A DNA stretch of 64,000 nucleotides, from positions 96,001-160,000 of the forward strand of contig JAWODC010000001.1 of the NCBI GenBank assembly GCA_046483495.1. Reading direction: 5' to 3'. The notes beneath the pieces were generated by a model. That model was not told the origin of the DNA. It worked only from the letters and a program-made list of their open reading frames with translations, and did no database searches. Both the position numbers and the translations under genes were made by a program. Positions 48,313 to 58,734 of the stretch are shown here, piece after piece. The stretch comes from Desulfobacterales bacterium (GTDB taxonomy: Bacteria > Desulfobacterota > Desulfobacteria > Desulfobacterales > UBA5616). Every line of letters begins with the position of its first letter. The stretch's first letter is position 1.

Positions 48313-48966
48313 CAGGATAACCAGTGCCCGCTCCATTCCGAAGTGAGAGAAACGATACGTTTTTACGTCCATGCCGTTTGAAGACCGGTCTAAAAAATGT
48401 TGAATTTCTTCCCGTACGCACCCCCCCTTATAAGCGATCATCATCCCTCCTTCCTTCACGAATGCTCCGGCTTTGCCGTAAAATTCCCAGAGGGATGAAA
48501 ACGCCCGGGAGATTACCACATCGAACCCGGCGATCCATTCGCCGGCCCTTTCCAATTCTTCCGTCCTTGCATGGCGCGCTTCGATATGCTGCAGTGAAAG
48601 CAGCCGTATAATATGCTTCAAGAAACTGACTTTTTTTCGTGAGGCATCAACGAGAACCATGGTGAGATCGGGCCGCACGATTTTCAACACCATTCCGGGA
48701 AAACCCCCGCCGGAGCCCACATCCATGACGCGGGCACACCGGGGGATGAAAGGTGCGGCCTGCATGGAATCCAAAACATGCTTGACGGCGAAATCCACGG
48801 GATCGGTAATGGCGGTCAGGTTGATCTTTTTATTCCACAAGACCGTTTCAGCGGCATGGCGTGCAAGACCTTGGGCCGCTGCCGCATTCAAACGGATGCC
48901 CATTCGGGCCGCACCCGAAACGACACAATCGATCCATTGGTCCGAACCTACGGCAAAGGCGTCCAC
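48301..48966 (-). CDS. rsmG: 16S rRNA m7G527 methyltransferase
   Basis: WNKKINLTAI, KHVLDS, DVGSGGGFPG, SRAF, YKG. Confidence 0.95.
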   Translation of the reverse strand: MDAFAVGSDQWIDCVVSGAARMGIRLNAAAAQGLARHAAETVLWNKKINLTAITDPVDFAVKHVLDSMQAAPFIPRCARVMDVGSGGGFPGMVLKIVRPDLTMVLVDASRKKVSFLKHIIRLLSLQHIEARHARTEELERAGEWIAGFDVVISRAFSSLWEFYGKAGAFVKEGGMMIAYKGGCVREEIQHFLDRSSNGMDVKTYRFSHFGMERALVILQAV

Positions 48967-49661
48967 TAAGCATCCCTCTTTTTTGTTTTAAATGCTTGGA
49001 TCACCCCGTGGCACCGGCAGGCCGTCGCCAACAGAATTCCCGTATCCAACCGCCCGACCGATTCCAATGCATCAAACAGCGCCCCCGGTGTATATCCGCC
49101 CACACCGGGACCCAACTGCCGGCTCTGGATAACCACAGGCGTCAATTCAGGTGTTTTCAGCATCTCGATCCGGCTGTATACATCGAAGGGTCTCGGCTTT
49201 CGGGTTATCGTGCAAACATTTTCCGGAGCCGGACAGTTGTCCGGACAAATGAAATCGGCAATGCTGACATAAAGTTCTCCGGGATTTCCATCGATGGGGT
49301 TCGGAAGTCGTGAACGAATAATCTCCGGAACGGCAACCGGAACGATATCATACACTTCGCTGAGCTTGCACCGAATCCATTGAAAGGCGACATGAACCGG
49401 AACAGCCGGTATGATCCAATCGGGTCTGTAATCCTTTGTCATTTTGGCGGCCAAAAAAGCTATGCCGTCGGTGCATACCGCGCGGATTCCACGGTTTTCC
49501 AATGTCCGGATCTTTTCCGGGTTCGTTTCAAAAACGGTGATCGAGGGCCCGGCATTTTTCCTATGGAAAGCATCTGCTGCCCTGCGGCCGAATTTTCCGC
49601 CGCCGATAATCCATACATTCGGACGTGTTGAAGGACCCTTCATTTCTAATTCCTCGAGCAT
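48966..49661 (-). CDS. Conserved hypothetical protein: N-terminal Rossmann (TrkA-N-like) plus Cys-rich C-terminus
   Basis: IIGGGKFG, PAVPVH, CPDNCP..C, GVGG, TACRCHG; start uncertain (49643-49685). Confidence 0.7.
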   Translation of the reverse strand: MLEELEMKGPSTRPNVWIIGGGKFGRRAADAFHRKNAGPSITVFETNPEKIRTLENRGIRAVCTDGIAFLAAKMTKDYRPDWIIPAVPVHVAFQWIRCKLSEVYDIVPVAVPEIIRSRLPNPIDGNPGELYVSIADFICPDNCPAPENVCTITRKPRPFDVYSRIEMLKTPELTPVVIQSRQLGPGVGGYTPGALFDALESVGRLDTGILLATACRCHGVIQAFKTKKRDA

Positions 49662-49726
49662 TCCGTCTGTACCTCCATTCGTCACATCTGCTTGTCAAAA
49701 TCGGCCGGTTCTGATATTTCTTTTCA

Positions 49727-50335
49727 ATGGTACGTGAAATGCGTCATCACATCATATTGGCTTCGAAATCACCGCGGCGCCGGTACCTGCTGGAACAGGC
49801 CGGACTTTCAATCGAGGTGATTCCAGGCTCGTTTGACGAATCGTCAGTCAAATTCTCGATACCTGAAGAATATGTTAAAACACTGGCCGAAGCAAAAGCA
49901 ACGGATATTGCAAAAAAATATCCTAAAAGCTGGGTGATCGGCGCGGATACGATTGTGATGATCAAAAACCGCATGCTGGGAAAGCCGAGGAACATAAAAG
50001 AAGCGCGATGTATGCTCCGGGGTTTGAGCGGTCAGGTTCACCAGGTGTTCACGGGATTTTGTATACGCCGGGAGAGCGATCGACGAATCGTTTCGGATGC
50101 CGTCGTCACTGATGTGCTGTTCAAGCACCTGACGGAAGAGGAAATCGAGTGGTACGTTCACACCAAAGAACCCTTCGACAAAGCAGGGGCATACGCCATT
50201 CAAGGACTGGGATCATTTTTAGTAAAGCGCATCAACGGTTCTTATACCAATGTGGTGGGACTGCCTGTGTGCGAAGTCATTGAATGTCTCATTAAACATC
50301 ATGCAATCGGGATGCGGCAACGGTCAGATGAATAA
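49727..50335 (+). CDS. maf: Maf nucleoside triphosphate pyrophosphatase
   Basis: ILASKSPRR, GADT, GKP, DKAGAYAIQG, GSYTNVVGLP. Confidence 0.95.
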   Translation: MVREMRHHIILASKSPRRRYLLEQAGLSIEVIPGSFDESSVKFSIPEEYVKTLAEAKATDIAKKYPKSWVIGADTIVMIKNRMLGKPRNIKEARCMLRGLSGQVHQVFTGFCIRRESDRRIVSDAVVTDVLFKHLTEEEIEWYVHTKEPFDKAGAYAIQGLGSFLVKRINGSYTNVVGLPVCEVIECLIKHHAIGMRQRSDE

Positions 50336-51032
50336 AACCTCTTGCGACATTGCTGAAAACGTCCGGGCAATTTTGAATACGATGGCCGAGACGGCCTCGA
50401 GGTGCGGGCGGGATCCCCGTACGGTTCAGTTGTTGGCGGTTTCAAAGACGGTTTCACCGGATAAAATCAGGTCTGCTGCTTCGTCCGGCATCGAGGCCTT
50501 CGGGGAGAACTATATTCAGGAAGCCATGAAAAAAATCGAAGCAATCGGCAACTGCGGCATTCGGTGGCATTTTATCGGCCGTCTGCAAACGAACAAGGCT
50601 AAATACGCAGTGAAATTTTTTGATTTGATCCATTCGGTGGACTCCTTCAAACTGGCATACGAACTGGATCGCCAGGCCGGCAAAATCAACAAAATTCAAC
50701 CGATCCTCATCCAGGTGAACCTTTCGAGCGAAGCCTCGAAGGGCGGAGTGAAAAAAAGCGACACCTTGGATCTGGTCCGGCGCACGGCAGAACTGAACCA
50801 CCTTTCCGTCAAAGGACTGATGACCATACCGCCCTTTTTCAACAACCCCGAAAAGGCGCGCCCGTTTTTCAAAGCCCTTAGAGCATTGCGTGACGATATA
50901 CGCCGTCATGCGATTTACGGCGCAGAAATGGGTGTGCTGTCCATGGGAATGAGCGGCGATTATACAGCGGCAATCGAAGAAGGCGCCACTCTGGTGCGAA
51001 TTGGAACATCGATTTTCGGCAAGAGGGCATGA
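50328..51032 (+). CDS. yggS: PLP homeostasis protein
   Basis: AVSKT, FGENYIQE, WHFIGRLQTNK, GLMT, SMGMSGD, RIGT. Confidence 0.95.
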   Translation: MNKTSCDIAENVRAILNTMAETASRCGRDPRTVQLLAVSKTVSPDKIRSAASSGIEAFGENYIQEAMKKIEAIGNCGIRWHFIGRLQTNKAKYAVKFFDLIHSVDSFKLAYELDRQAGKINKIQPILIQVNLSSEASKGGVKKSDTLDLVRRTAELNHLSVKGLMTIPPFFNNPEKARPFFKALRALRDDIRRHAIYGAEMGVLSMGMSGDYTAAIEEGATLVRIGTSIFGKRA

Positions 51033-51559
51033 AACTATTGCTTCATACCTGCTGCGCTCCGTGCAGCATCTATCCCGTGGATGTTCTTCGATCGGACGGT
51101 TTCGACGTTATGGGTTTCTTTTACCGGCATAACATCCACCCGTTTTCGGAGTGCCTGAGGCGGGAAAACGAATTAAGAGCCTATTCGGATCGCATCGGGC
51201 TAAAGGTCATCTATGAAAAGCATTATGATCTGGAAGGTTTTCTTAGACGGGCGGCCTTCAGGGAAGCCCACCGATGCGGGATCTGTTATCATCATCGGCT
51301 TGAAACGACAGCCGGACTGGCCAAGCGGGGGAAATTCGACTATTTCTCCTCGACCCTTTTATACAGCAAATTCCAGAAGCACGATGCGATCGCCGAAATC
51401 GGCGAAACCGTCGGAAAAGCGGTGGGAATTCGGTTTTATTACCGGGATTTCCGTGAGGGTTGGAAAACAGGCATCGAAGCATCCAAAGCACTGAACATGT
51501 ACCGACAGCAATACTGCGGGTGCATTTACAGTGAAAAAGAAAGATTCTACCGGCCGTAG
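51029..51559 (+). CDS. queH: Epoxyqueuosine reductase QueH (DUF208)
   Basis: LLLHTCCAPCS, NIHP, RCGICY, YRQQYCGC. Confidence 0.92.
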   Translation: MKLLLHTCCAPCSIYPVDVLRSDGFDVMGFFYRHNIHPFSECLRRENELRAYSDRIGLKVIYEKHYDLEGFLRRAAFREAHRCGICYHHRLETTAGLAKRGKFDYFSSTLLYSKFQKHDAIAEIGETVGKAVGIRFYYRDFREGWKTGIEASKALNMYRQQYCGCIYSEKERFYRP

Positions 51560-51571
51560 AAGCACCCTTTT

Positions 51572-53383
51572 ATGTATAAACAATTTATTACGTATATCGT
51601 CGTTCTTTTTATTTGTGCGACATACCAGCCCCGGGAACAAACCGTCGTTTCAGTTTCAGAATCCTTTCTGCTGATCATACTCCTTATCGCCTTTTTTGCG
51701 GTATTGAATCGTTTGACGTTCAACGGCGTGAAACGCCGCGTCAACGAACTGCCCTTCGCCGGACGGGACCGCCTGTTTGAGAATGCCGTCATGCGCCAGA
51801 CCATCGCTGCGATTGCGCTGTTCACGGCGGCCTTGTATCTGCTGCGCATTCCGGATGCCCTGTTCCGGGCGCCGCTTTTCAGGATAATACCCACGCTGGG
51901 CACCGTTGTCTGTCTTGCCGTTTTTCTTGCTTTTTTAGCCGTTATGTACGGCACCGCCCATAAAGTATATCAAGACATCTACCACCATCGCATTTCCTCC
52001 GGAGCTTACATACGGTCCAACCTGGCTTTCTGCATTCCCGTCGTCTTGCCGTGGTTGGCCTTGTCTTTTTCTTCGGATCTCCTGCGATTGCTTCCTTTCA
52101 GGCCCCTCAATGCGTTCTTGGCATCACCGCCCGGCGAGCTGACGTTTTTTATCCTCTTTATTTTTTTTATCGCTGCCGTAGGCCCTTTTTTCATTCAGAA
52201 AATGTGGCGATGCAAGCCATTGGAGCCCGGAGATCGACGGGAACGCATCCGCGCTCTTTGCTTATCCGCAGCCGTGGGATACAGGGATGTCGTTTACTGG
52301 ACACTGTTCGGAGGAAAAATGATCACCGCAGGCGTCATGGGGCTGGTGAAACGATTCCGTTATATTCTCGTCACCCCGGCGTTGATGTCGCTGCTCGACG
52401 ATTCGGAATTCGATGCGGTGATGGCTCATGAAATCGGGCATGTAAAGCAAAAACATATGCTTTTCTATATCCTTCTTTTCGTGGGCTACATCGTATTGTC
52501 TTATGTCATCTTTCATGCCGTCTATTACGGCTACGTGTTTGCAAAGGTGTCATTTTTCCCGGGCGTGAGTGCCGCATCCAAAATATCTCTTCTGTTTAAT
52601 TCCATATTTATCGTCAGCTTCATCCTGTACTTTCGTTTCATTTTCGGTTTTTTCATGAGAAATTTCGAGCGGCAGGCCGATACATTCGTATACCGCTTTT
52701 TCAACAGCGCCAAACCCCTGATAACATCTCTCGAAAAAATCGCTATAGTCAGCGGCATCCCAAAAGATAAGCCCAACTGGCATCATTTCAGCCTCAAAGA
52801 GCGTATTGATTTTTTGAACCGGTGTGAACAGGATAAGATGCAAATCGTTCGCCACGATAAAAAAGTGAAGGCCGGTATAGCGATTTATGTCACGGGACTG
52901 GCCTTTTTCGGAATGGTGGAACTCGGTTTGAACTTCACCGAAATAGGATTCGCAATAAATGACGCGATTCTTCAAAAAGCGATTGTGTCCAAGCTGGAAA
53001 CATCTCCGAACGATCCGCTCCTCTACGGCGGCTTAGGGGACCTATACCAGTCTCGAGGAGAAAATGAAAAGGCCGTGCGCGCCTACGAAAAAGCCCTGTC
53101 CCTGGACCCGGAATCGCCCCATGTGCTCAATAACCTGGCCTGGCTGCTGGCGACGAGCGAAGATCCATCGATCAAAAATCCCCAAAAGGCCCTGGTACTG
53201 GCCAAAAGGGCAGCATCCCTGGACGCCTCACCCTATATCCTGGACACACTTGCGGAGAGCTATTTTGCGGTGGGAAAAACGCGGCAGGCCGTCGAAACCA
53301 TTGAAGCGGCCATCAAACTGGCAACGGAAAACAAATCCCATTACCAAAACCAGCTGCACCGATTCAAAACGGCAGTGAAGTAA
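51572..53383 (+). CDS. M48-family membrane zinc metalloprotease with C-terminal TPRs
   Basis: Multiple TM helices, AHEIGH, FERQAD; TPR with LNNLAW and ILDTLAE. Confidence 0.88.
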   Translation: MYKQFITYIVVLFICATYQPREQTVVSVSESFLLIILLIAFFAVLNRLTFNGVKRRVNELPFAGRDRLFENAVMRQTIAAIALFTAALYLLRIPDALFRAPLFRIIPTLGTVVCLAVFLAFLAVMYGTAHKVYQDIYHHRISSGAYIRSNLAFCIPVVLPWLALSFSSDLLRLLPFRPLNAFLASPPGELTFFILFIFFIAAVGPFFIQKMWRCKPLEPGDRRERIRALCLSAAVGYRDVVYWTLFGGKMITAGVMGLVKRFRYILVTPALMSLLDDSEFDAVMAHEIGHVKQKHMLFYILLFVGYIVLSYVIFHAVYYGYVFAKVSFFPGVSAASKISLLFNSIFIVSFILYFRFIFGFFMRNFERQADTFVYRFFNSAKPLITSLEKIAIVSGIPKDKPNWHHFSLKERIDFLNRCEQDKMQIVRHDKKVKAGIAIYVTGLAFFGMVELGLNFTEIGFAINDAILQKAIVSKLETSPNDPLLYGGLGDLYQSRGENEKAVRAYEKALSLDPESPHVLNNLAWLLATSEDPSIKNPQKALVLAKRAASLDASPYILDTLAESYFAVGKTRQAVETIEAAIKLATENKSHYQNQLHRFKTAVK

Positions 53384-53446
53384 TGGACAATTTGCAACGG
53401 ATGAAAACACGGCCGGACTAAACGATGAAGTCAGAGCCGGCGAATA

Positions 53447-55753
53447 CTACTTTATCGTGACCTTCCTCACCTGAATCAAATCGCAAAAGCCGCCGAAAAC
53501 CTTTGCAATACCGTCCTGCTTCAGGGTCGTCATGCCGTCCTCCACGGCCTGGGCTCGTATATCATCCATTCGTGCTTTTACCTGAATCAGTTTTTTCATA
53601 TCGTCGGTCCCCATCAGCAGTTCATGCAGTGCCATGCGACCGCGGTAACCGGTATTATTGCAGGTGTCGCATCCTTTTGGCTTGTAAAGGGTCAGAGAAT
53701 CATCATATGGGATGTTCAGGTTCCGCTCGAAAGATTCCTTGCCGTACTCCCGAACCAGTTCATCGTATTCTTCTTTTGTCGGGTGATAGGCCTTCTTGCA
53801 GTCCTTGCAGAGTGTCAGCACCAACCGCTGTGCAAGAATGCACAGGATGGCATCGGCGAAATTGAACGGATCCATTCCCATATCCAGCAGGCGGGTAATG
53901 CTTTCCGGTGCGCTGTTGGTGTGAAGCGTTGAAAAAACCAGATGCCCCGTTAATGACGCTTCGATGCCGATATGCGTGGTTTCCTTGTCACGCATCTCAC
54001 CCACCATAATAACATCCGGATCCGCCCTCAAAAAAGCCCGCATCGCAGCTGCGAAATCGAAACCGATCTTCGGCTTCACCTGGACCTGGCGAAGCCCTTT
54101 CTGGGTGATTTCAACAGGGTCTTCCGCCGTCCAGATCTTCCTTTCTGTTTTATTGATATTCCTCAAGGCGGAATGCAGGGTCGTTGTCTTTCCCGAACCG
54201 GTGGGTCCGCACACGAAAATAATGCCGTAGGGTTTTGTGATGACGCTTAAAAAATTTTTGAAATTCTGCTCTGAAAAAGCCATTTCTTCCAGCGGGATGG
54301 GTTCCCCCGAATGAAGGATTCGCATGACCACATCCTCCATCCCCCCCTGGGTGGGCACGGTTGCAACGCGGAGTTCGACGTCCCTGCCGCTGAATTTTTT
54401 AAATTTTATTTTGCCGTCCTGCGGTTTTCGCCGCTCGGCAATGTCCAGATCGGACATGATCTTGATTCGGGATACAACGGCGTTTTTATAACTGTACGGT
54501 ATGGTCTGATAGACGTGGCAGTTCCCGTCGACCCGAATTCGAACCTGGGTCGGCTCCTTCCCCGGATAGGGCTCGATATGGATATCGGATGCACCGCGTT
54601 CGTAGGCATCGAGAATAATTTTGTTCACCAGCTGAACAACGGCGCTGTCCTCCTCGCCGACCGTATGCTCAGCCTCTTCGATCTCCTCGGCTTCCTGTCT
54701 CAACTGGGAAATAATGTCATCGATGGCCGCCATTTCTTTTTCATCCTGAGAAAACATGTTGATGTAATCCAGGATGTCATGCTTGGTGGCAACACAGAAT
54801 TTCAGGGGCCTTCCGGGAAACATGGCCTTGACGTCGTCGACTTTTCTTATGTCATAGGGGTTGTCAATCGCAATGACGACCTTGTCCTCCTCCATGCAAA
54901 TCGGCACCCAGTAATTTTTGCGCATGAAGGGAACCTTCAGACCGATGAGCAGCTCGCCCGGAATCGGCACGTTGGCATTGAAGCTGACAAAGGGAATTCG
55001 ATAGTATTTGCTTAAGGAACGCCCGATGTCTTTCTTGGATATTTTCAGTTCATCGATCAGGATATCTTCAACCTCGATTCTTCGCTGGCGGGCATCCGCT
55101 ATGGCCTTATCCAGTTCCTTTTGGGTGATGATATGATTTTCGAGCAGGTAACTGAACTTGTGCACGCGCGTCTTTTCCAATCTCTGCTGGTTGAACAGCG
55201 CGATTCCCAGGATATCAGCGAGCTCTTTTGCCGCAAATTCATCATCTTCGGTAAAAACGCTCCCATCCGGACGATTCAAGAACTGAATGGCTCCCATCAG
55301 TTTATTTTTGAATACAATCGGGCAGGCGAGCACCTGCTTCGTGGTAAACCCCGTTTTTTGGTCCCATCGTTTGTCAAAAGTCAAGAGGGGATCGATCGCA
55401 TAGAGTTCCCGATCATCATATACGTCTTGGACATTCAATATTTTCTGGTTAAAGGCGGAATACCCGGCAATGCTGTTTGCTGACACGCGTATATGTCCCA
55501 TCAGCATATCATCCCCGGATTTCACCTTCGATACCAACTCTTCTTTTTCAGGATCACAAATATAGATGGTTACGCGTTCGGCATTGAAGAAGGAAGTGAG
55601 GTCCCCTTGTAAACCGATGAGTATCTCGTCTAAGTTGGAGGCCCCGTTTATCTTGTTTCCAATTTCCTGAAGCCTTGTTCGGTAAATGACCTCGGATTCC
55701 AAATCCTGAAAGCGATGAGGTGCCGTTTTGGTATGAATCATGTCAGCTACCAC
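53447..55753 (-). CDS. GspE/PilB-family secretion ATPase with N-terminal GAF domain
   Basis: GAF (FDKRWDQKTGFTTK), ASDIHIEP, GPTGSGKTTT, EDPVE, RADPDVIMVGE, GHLVFSTLH, two CxxC. Confidence 0.93.
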   Translation of the reverse strand: MVADMIHTKTAPHRFQDLESEVIYRTRLQEIGNKINGASNLDEILIGLQGDLTSFFNAERVTIYICDPEKEELVSKVKSGDDMLMGHIRVSANSIAGYSAFNQKILNVQDVYDDRELYAIDPLLTFDKRWDQKTGFTTKQVLACPIVFKNKLMGAIQFLNRPDGSVFTEDDEFAAKELADILGIALFNQQRLEKTRVHKFSYLLENHIITQKELDKAIADARQRRIEVEDILIDELKISKKDIGRSLSKYYRIPFVSFNANVPIPGELLIGLKVPFMRKNYWVPICMEEDKVVIAIDNPYDIRKVDDVKAMFPGRPLKFCVATKHDILDYINMFSQDEKEMAAIDDIISQLRQEAEEIEEAEHTVGEEDSAVVQLVNKIILDAYERGASDIHIEPYPGKEPTQVRIRVDGNCHVYQTIPYSYKNAVVSRIKIMSDLDIAERRKPQDGKIKFKKFSGRDVELRVATVPTQGGMEDVVMRILHSGEPIPLEEMAFSEQNFKNFLSVITKPYGIIFVCGPTGSGKTTTLHSALRNINKTERKIWTAEDPVEITQKGLRQVQVKPKIGFDFAAAMRAFLRADPDVIMVGEMRDKETTHIGIEASLTGHLVFSTLHTNSAPESITRLLDMGMDPFNFADAILCILAQRLVLTLCKDCKKAYHPTKEEYDELVREYGKESFERNLNIPYDDSLTLYKPKGCDTCNNTGYRGRMALHELLMGTDDMKKLIQVKARMDDIRAQAVEDGMTTLKQDGIAKVFGGFCDLIQVRKVTIK

Positions 55754-55772
55754 TTGGATATTATTTTCGGAT

Positions 55773-56018
55773 TCAATTTTCGTCTTTCGGCGGTCGCCCT
55801 TCCGGCCTGTAATAGGCGATTATTTTCATTCCACCACCGACAACAAGAAAAACACCCATCATGTACAGAGAAAACTTAATGTATGGCAGGATCCTGGAAT
55901 AATGCCGGATCTGTTCTATCTTAGGCATTACTTCGGGAATCCTGAAAAACACCATAATGCCGACGATAACCAGAGCCCACCCCCATATCAGTTGAACTGT
56001 CGATTTTTGGCGTCCCAT
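55773..56018 (-). CDS. Small two-TM membrane protein
   Basis: MGRQKSTVQLIWGWALVIVGIMVFFRIP..FSLYMMGVFLVVGG; co-oriented just upstream of the ATPase. Confidence 0.6.
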   Translation of the reverse strand: MGRQKSTVQLIWGWALVIVGIMVFFRIPEVMPKIEQIRHYSRILPYIKFSLYMMGVFLVVGGGMKIIAYYRPEGRPPKDEN

Positions 56019-56275
56019 AGAGGTGTTGTTTATATGTTGCCCTATCGAAAAGACTCGGGTTGAAGGCGACTCCCGGCACTCTGCTTTAAACCGGAGCCGA
56101 ACGGCCATGCAGCTTATTTGCGCACCGCACCGGAACCGGCCGAACGTTTTAATTTTTTGAATTATACCAAAATCTTCTTAATTGTCAATTGCTTAAAGTT
56201 TCATCCTTATTGCCCGGTCACCCCCGGCTCATTTTCCCTTTTTATCTGCGGTACGGCTATCCCTTTTCGAGGTTT

Positions 56276-56989
56276 TTATCCTCCCAGATAAATCTCTTTT
56301 ATTCTGGGATTGTCCAACATCTCTTTTGGGAGGCCTTCCATCACCACACTGCCCCCCTCCAGCACATAAGCGTAATCGGCCGCCTTTAAAGCGGCTTTTG
56401 CATTTTGCTCCACCAGCAAAATCGTAACACCGTCCTTGTTGAGACCGGTAATTACGTTGAATAATTCGCGGACGATCAGAGGAGCGATTCCCATGGAGGG
56501 CTCGTCCAGCAGCATCATCCGGGGGTGTGCCATTAGAGCCCTTGCGATGGCCAGCATTTGCTGCTCCCCTCCGGAGAGCGTGCCCGCAATCTGCCCGGAC
56601 CGTTTTTCCAATATCGGAAACAGCCGGTATGCGTGGTTCATCCGTTCCGCAATCAGACGGCGGTTTTTGCGCGTGTAGCAGTGATATGCTCCCAGCCGTA
56701 AATTATCTTCGACACTGAGATGGGCAAAAAGCTGTCGGCCTTCAGGCACATGGGAAAGGCCCCGTTTTACGATACGATCCGCCTGCAGTTGTGAAATGTG
56801 AGCACCGTTGAACGTAATATTGCCTGTTTTATGCCGCATCAGTCCGGATATGGATTTTAACAGCGTGGTTTTACCGGCCCCGTTTGCACCGATAATCGAT
56901 ACCACCTTTCCCCGGGGCACACGAATCGATATGTCGGATAATGCCCGAATACCGCCGTAATACGCATTCAGCCCCTCGATGCTAAGCAT
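56276..56989 (-). CDS. livF: Liv-type ABC transporter ATP-binding protein
   Basis: GANGAGKT, VPEGR, LSGGEQQMLA, LDEPSMG, VEQN. Confidence 0.93.
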   Translation of the reverse strand: MLSIEGLNAYYGGIRALSDISIRVPRGKVVSIIGANGAGKTTLLKSISGLMRHKTGNITFNGAHISQLQADRIVKRGLSHVPEGRQLFAHLSVEDNLRLGAYHCYTRKNRRLIAERMNHAYRLFPILEKRSGQIAGTLSGGEQQMLAIARALMAHPRMMLLDEPSMGIAPLIVRELFNVITGLNKDGVTILLVEQNAKAALKAADYAYVLEGGSVVMEGLPKEMLDNPRIKEIYLGG

Positions 56990-57770
56990 ATGGCGCCTCA
57001 TCCCCAAGATAGGCCTCGATCACGCTCGGATCGGACCTGATTTCATCGGGTGTGCCCTGTGCGATCTTCCGGCCGTAATTCAATACCATGATTTCGTCCG
57101 ATATATCCATAATGACCTTCATGTCATGCTCGACCAAAAGGATGGTCACACCGGTTTCCTTGATAGCTTTGATAAGAGAAGACGCCAAATGCGATTCGGT
57201 TTCATTCAGGCCGGCTGCAGGTTCGTCCAAACAGATCAATTCGGGATTCCCCGCCAGGGCCCTGCCGATTTCCAGGACTTTTTGCTCCCCCAAGGGCAGG
57301 TTTTCAGCCTTTATGTTGTGTTTGGCCGACAATCCGATAAACCGGAGTATCTCTTCCGCCCTTTTGGAATAGGCGTTTTCCTTTTTTTGAGACCATGGTG
57401 TTTTCAGCCCGGATATCAAAATCGGCGGCCTGTTTTTTGCGTGAAATCCGACCATGATATTCTCGAGCGCCGTCATGCCGCTGAAGATCTCGACGGTTTG
57501 AAACGTCCTGGATATGCCCATCCGTGCTATTTCATGGGTCTTGAGACGGCTTATGGGGCTGCCGTTGAACAAAACGGATCCCTCCGAAGGTTTCAAAAAG
57601 CCGGTAATGACATTGAACAAGGTGGTCTTGCCCGCGCCGTTAGGCCCGATGATTGCGGTTATCGTTCCCCGTTTGACATTAAAGTCAGGCTTGTATAGTG
57701 CCATAAGACCGCCGAATGCCATCACCAGCCCATTCAGCTCCAAAACATGATCTTCCATGGTGCGATCCAT
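56982..57770 (-). CDS. livG: Liv-type ABC transporter ATP-binding protein
   Basis: FGGL, GPNGAGKT, RTFQ, LDEPAAG, VEHDM, AYLG. Confidence 0.93.
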   Translation of the reverse strand: MDRTMEDHVLELNGLVMAFGGLMALYKPDFNVKRGTITAIIGPNGAGKTTLFNVITGFLKPSEGSVLFNGSPISRLKTHEIARMGISRTFQTVEIFSGMTALENIMVGFHAKNRPPILISGLKTPWSQKKENAYSKRAEEILRFIGLSAKHNIKAENLPLGEQKVLEIGRALAGNPELICLDEPAAGLNETESHLASSLIKAIKETGVTILLVEHDMKVIMDISDEIMVLNYGRKIAQGTPDEIRSDPSVIEAYLGDEAPYA

Positions 57771-57771
57771 T

Positions 57772-58731
57772 CTACGAAGAAGCTTTAATCCGGCTTCTGA
57801 TTAGATCCGGAATGCCTGCCAGCCCTTGCGGCAAAAAGATGGTCGTCAACAAAAGAATGACACCGTACGCGAGCACCTCCAGCTCTTCAAAATAATGAAG
57901 CCACTCGTAACTTAAAAAGGTTATGATCAAAGCCCCGATAACGGCTCCCCAAATATAATACATGCCGCCCAACGAAATCATGATCACGAGTTTGATGCCG
58001 AAAAAAATATCGAATGAAGAAGGATTGACGAAGTTTAAGTAATGGGCGTAAAGACTGCCCGCCAAAGACGCCAGAACGGCGCTGTAAGCGAATACGGCGA
58101 TTTTGCAGCCGGAAACGTTTACTCCCATTGCCATTGCAGCGGCCTCACTGCTGTGGATCGCCCTGAGGGCGCGTCCCGTATCGGATTCGATTATGTTTAC
58201 GGTCACGACAAACAGGATCAGAACCGTTGCCCATACAAAATAATAATACCGCTCCACCGTATCCAGAGGAAATCCGAATATGGATATGCCGGGAATGCCC
58301 GTCATGCCGTCCGGTCCGCCGGTCCATTCGGCCTCCTCATTGAAGATGATGAAAACGATAATGCCGAAAGCCAATGTGGCCATTGCCAGATAATGCCCCT
58401 TGAGCCGCAATGACGGTGCACCCACGAAAAAGGCGACGGCCGCGGTCAGGATGCACCCGATCATCATACACAACCATGGATTGAGCCCAAAACGCACCGT
58501 CAGAATGGCCGAAGCATAGGCACCCATTCCGAAAAATGCCGCATGCCCCAGAGAAATTTGACCCGCGTACCCCATAAGAAGGCTGAGACCGATGGTAATC
58601 ACGCAGTAAATCCCCCCGAACACCATGATGTCCGGATAATGGTCGATCGCCGGAATATATTCGGCGACAACGGGAAATAGGGCGATTGCGGCGAAAAACG
58701 CCAGGATGGGAAATTTTCCGATTCTCAACAT
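57772..58731 (-). CDS. livM: Liv-type ABC transporter permease
   Basis: GYAGQISLGHAAFFG, LRLKGHYLAMAT, TGGPDG. Confidence 0.92.
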   Translation of the reverse strand: MLRIGKFPILAFFAAIALFPVVAEYIPAIDHYPDIMVFGGIYCVITIGLSLLMGYAGQISLGHAAFFGMGAYASAILTVRFGLNPWLCMMIGCILTAAVAFFVGAPSLRLKGHYLAMATLAFGIIVFIIFNEEAEWTGGPDGMTGIPGISIFGFPLDTVERYYYFVWATVLILFVVTVNIIESDTGRALRAIHSSEAAAMAMGVNVSGCKIAVFAYSAVLASLAGSLYAHYLNFVNPSSFDIFFGIKLVIMISLGGMYYIWGAVIGALIITFLSYEWLHYFEELEVLAYGVILLLTTIFLPQGLAGIPDLIRSRIKASS

Positions 58732-58734
58732 CGA

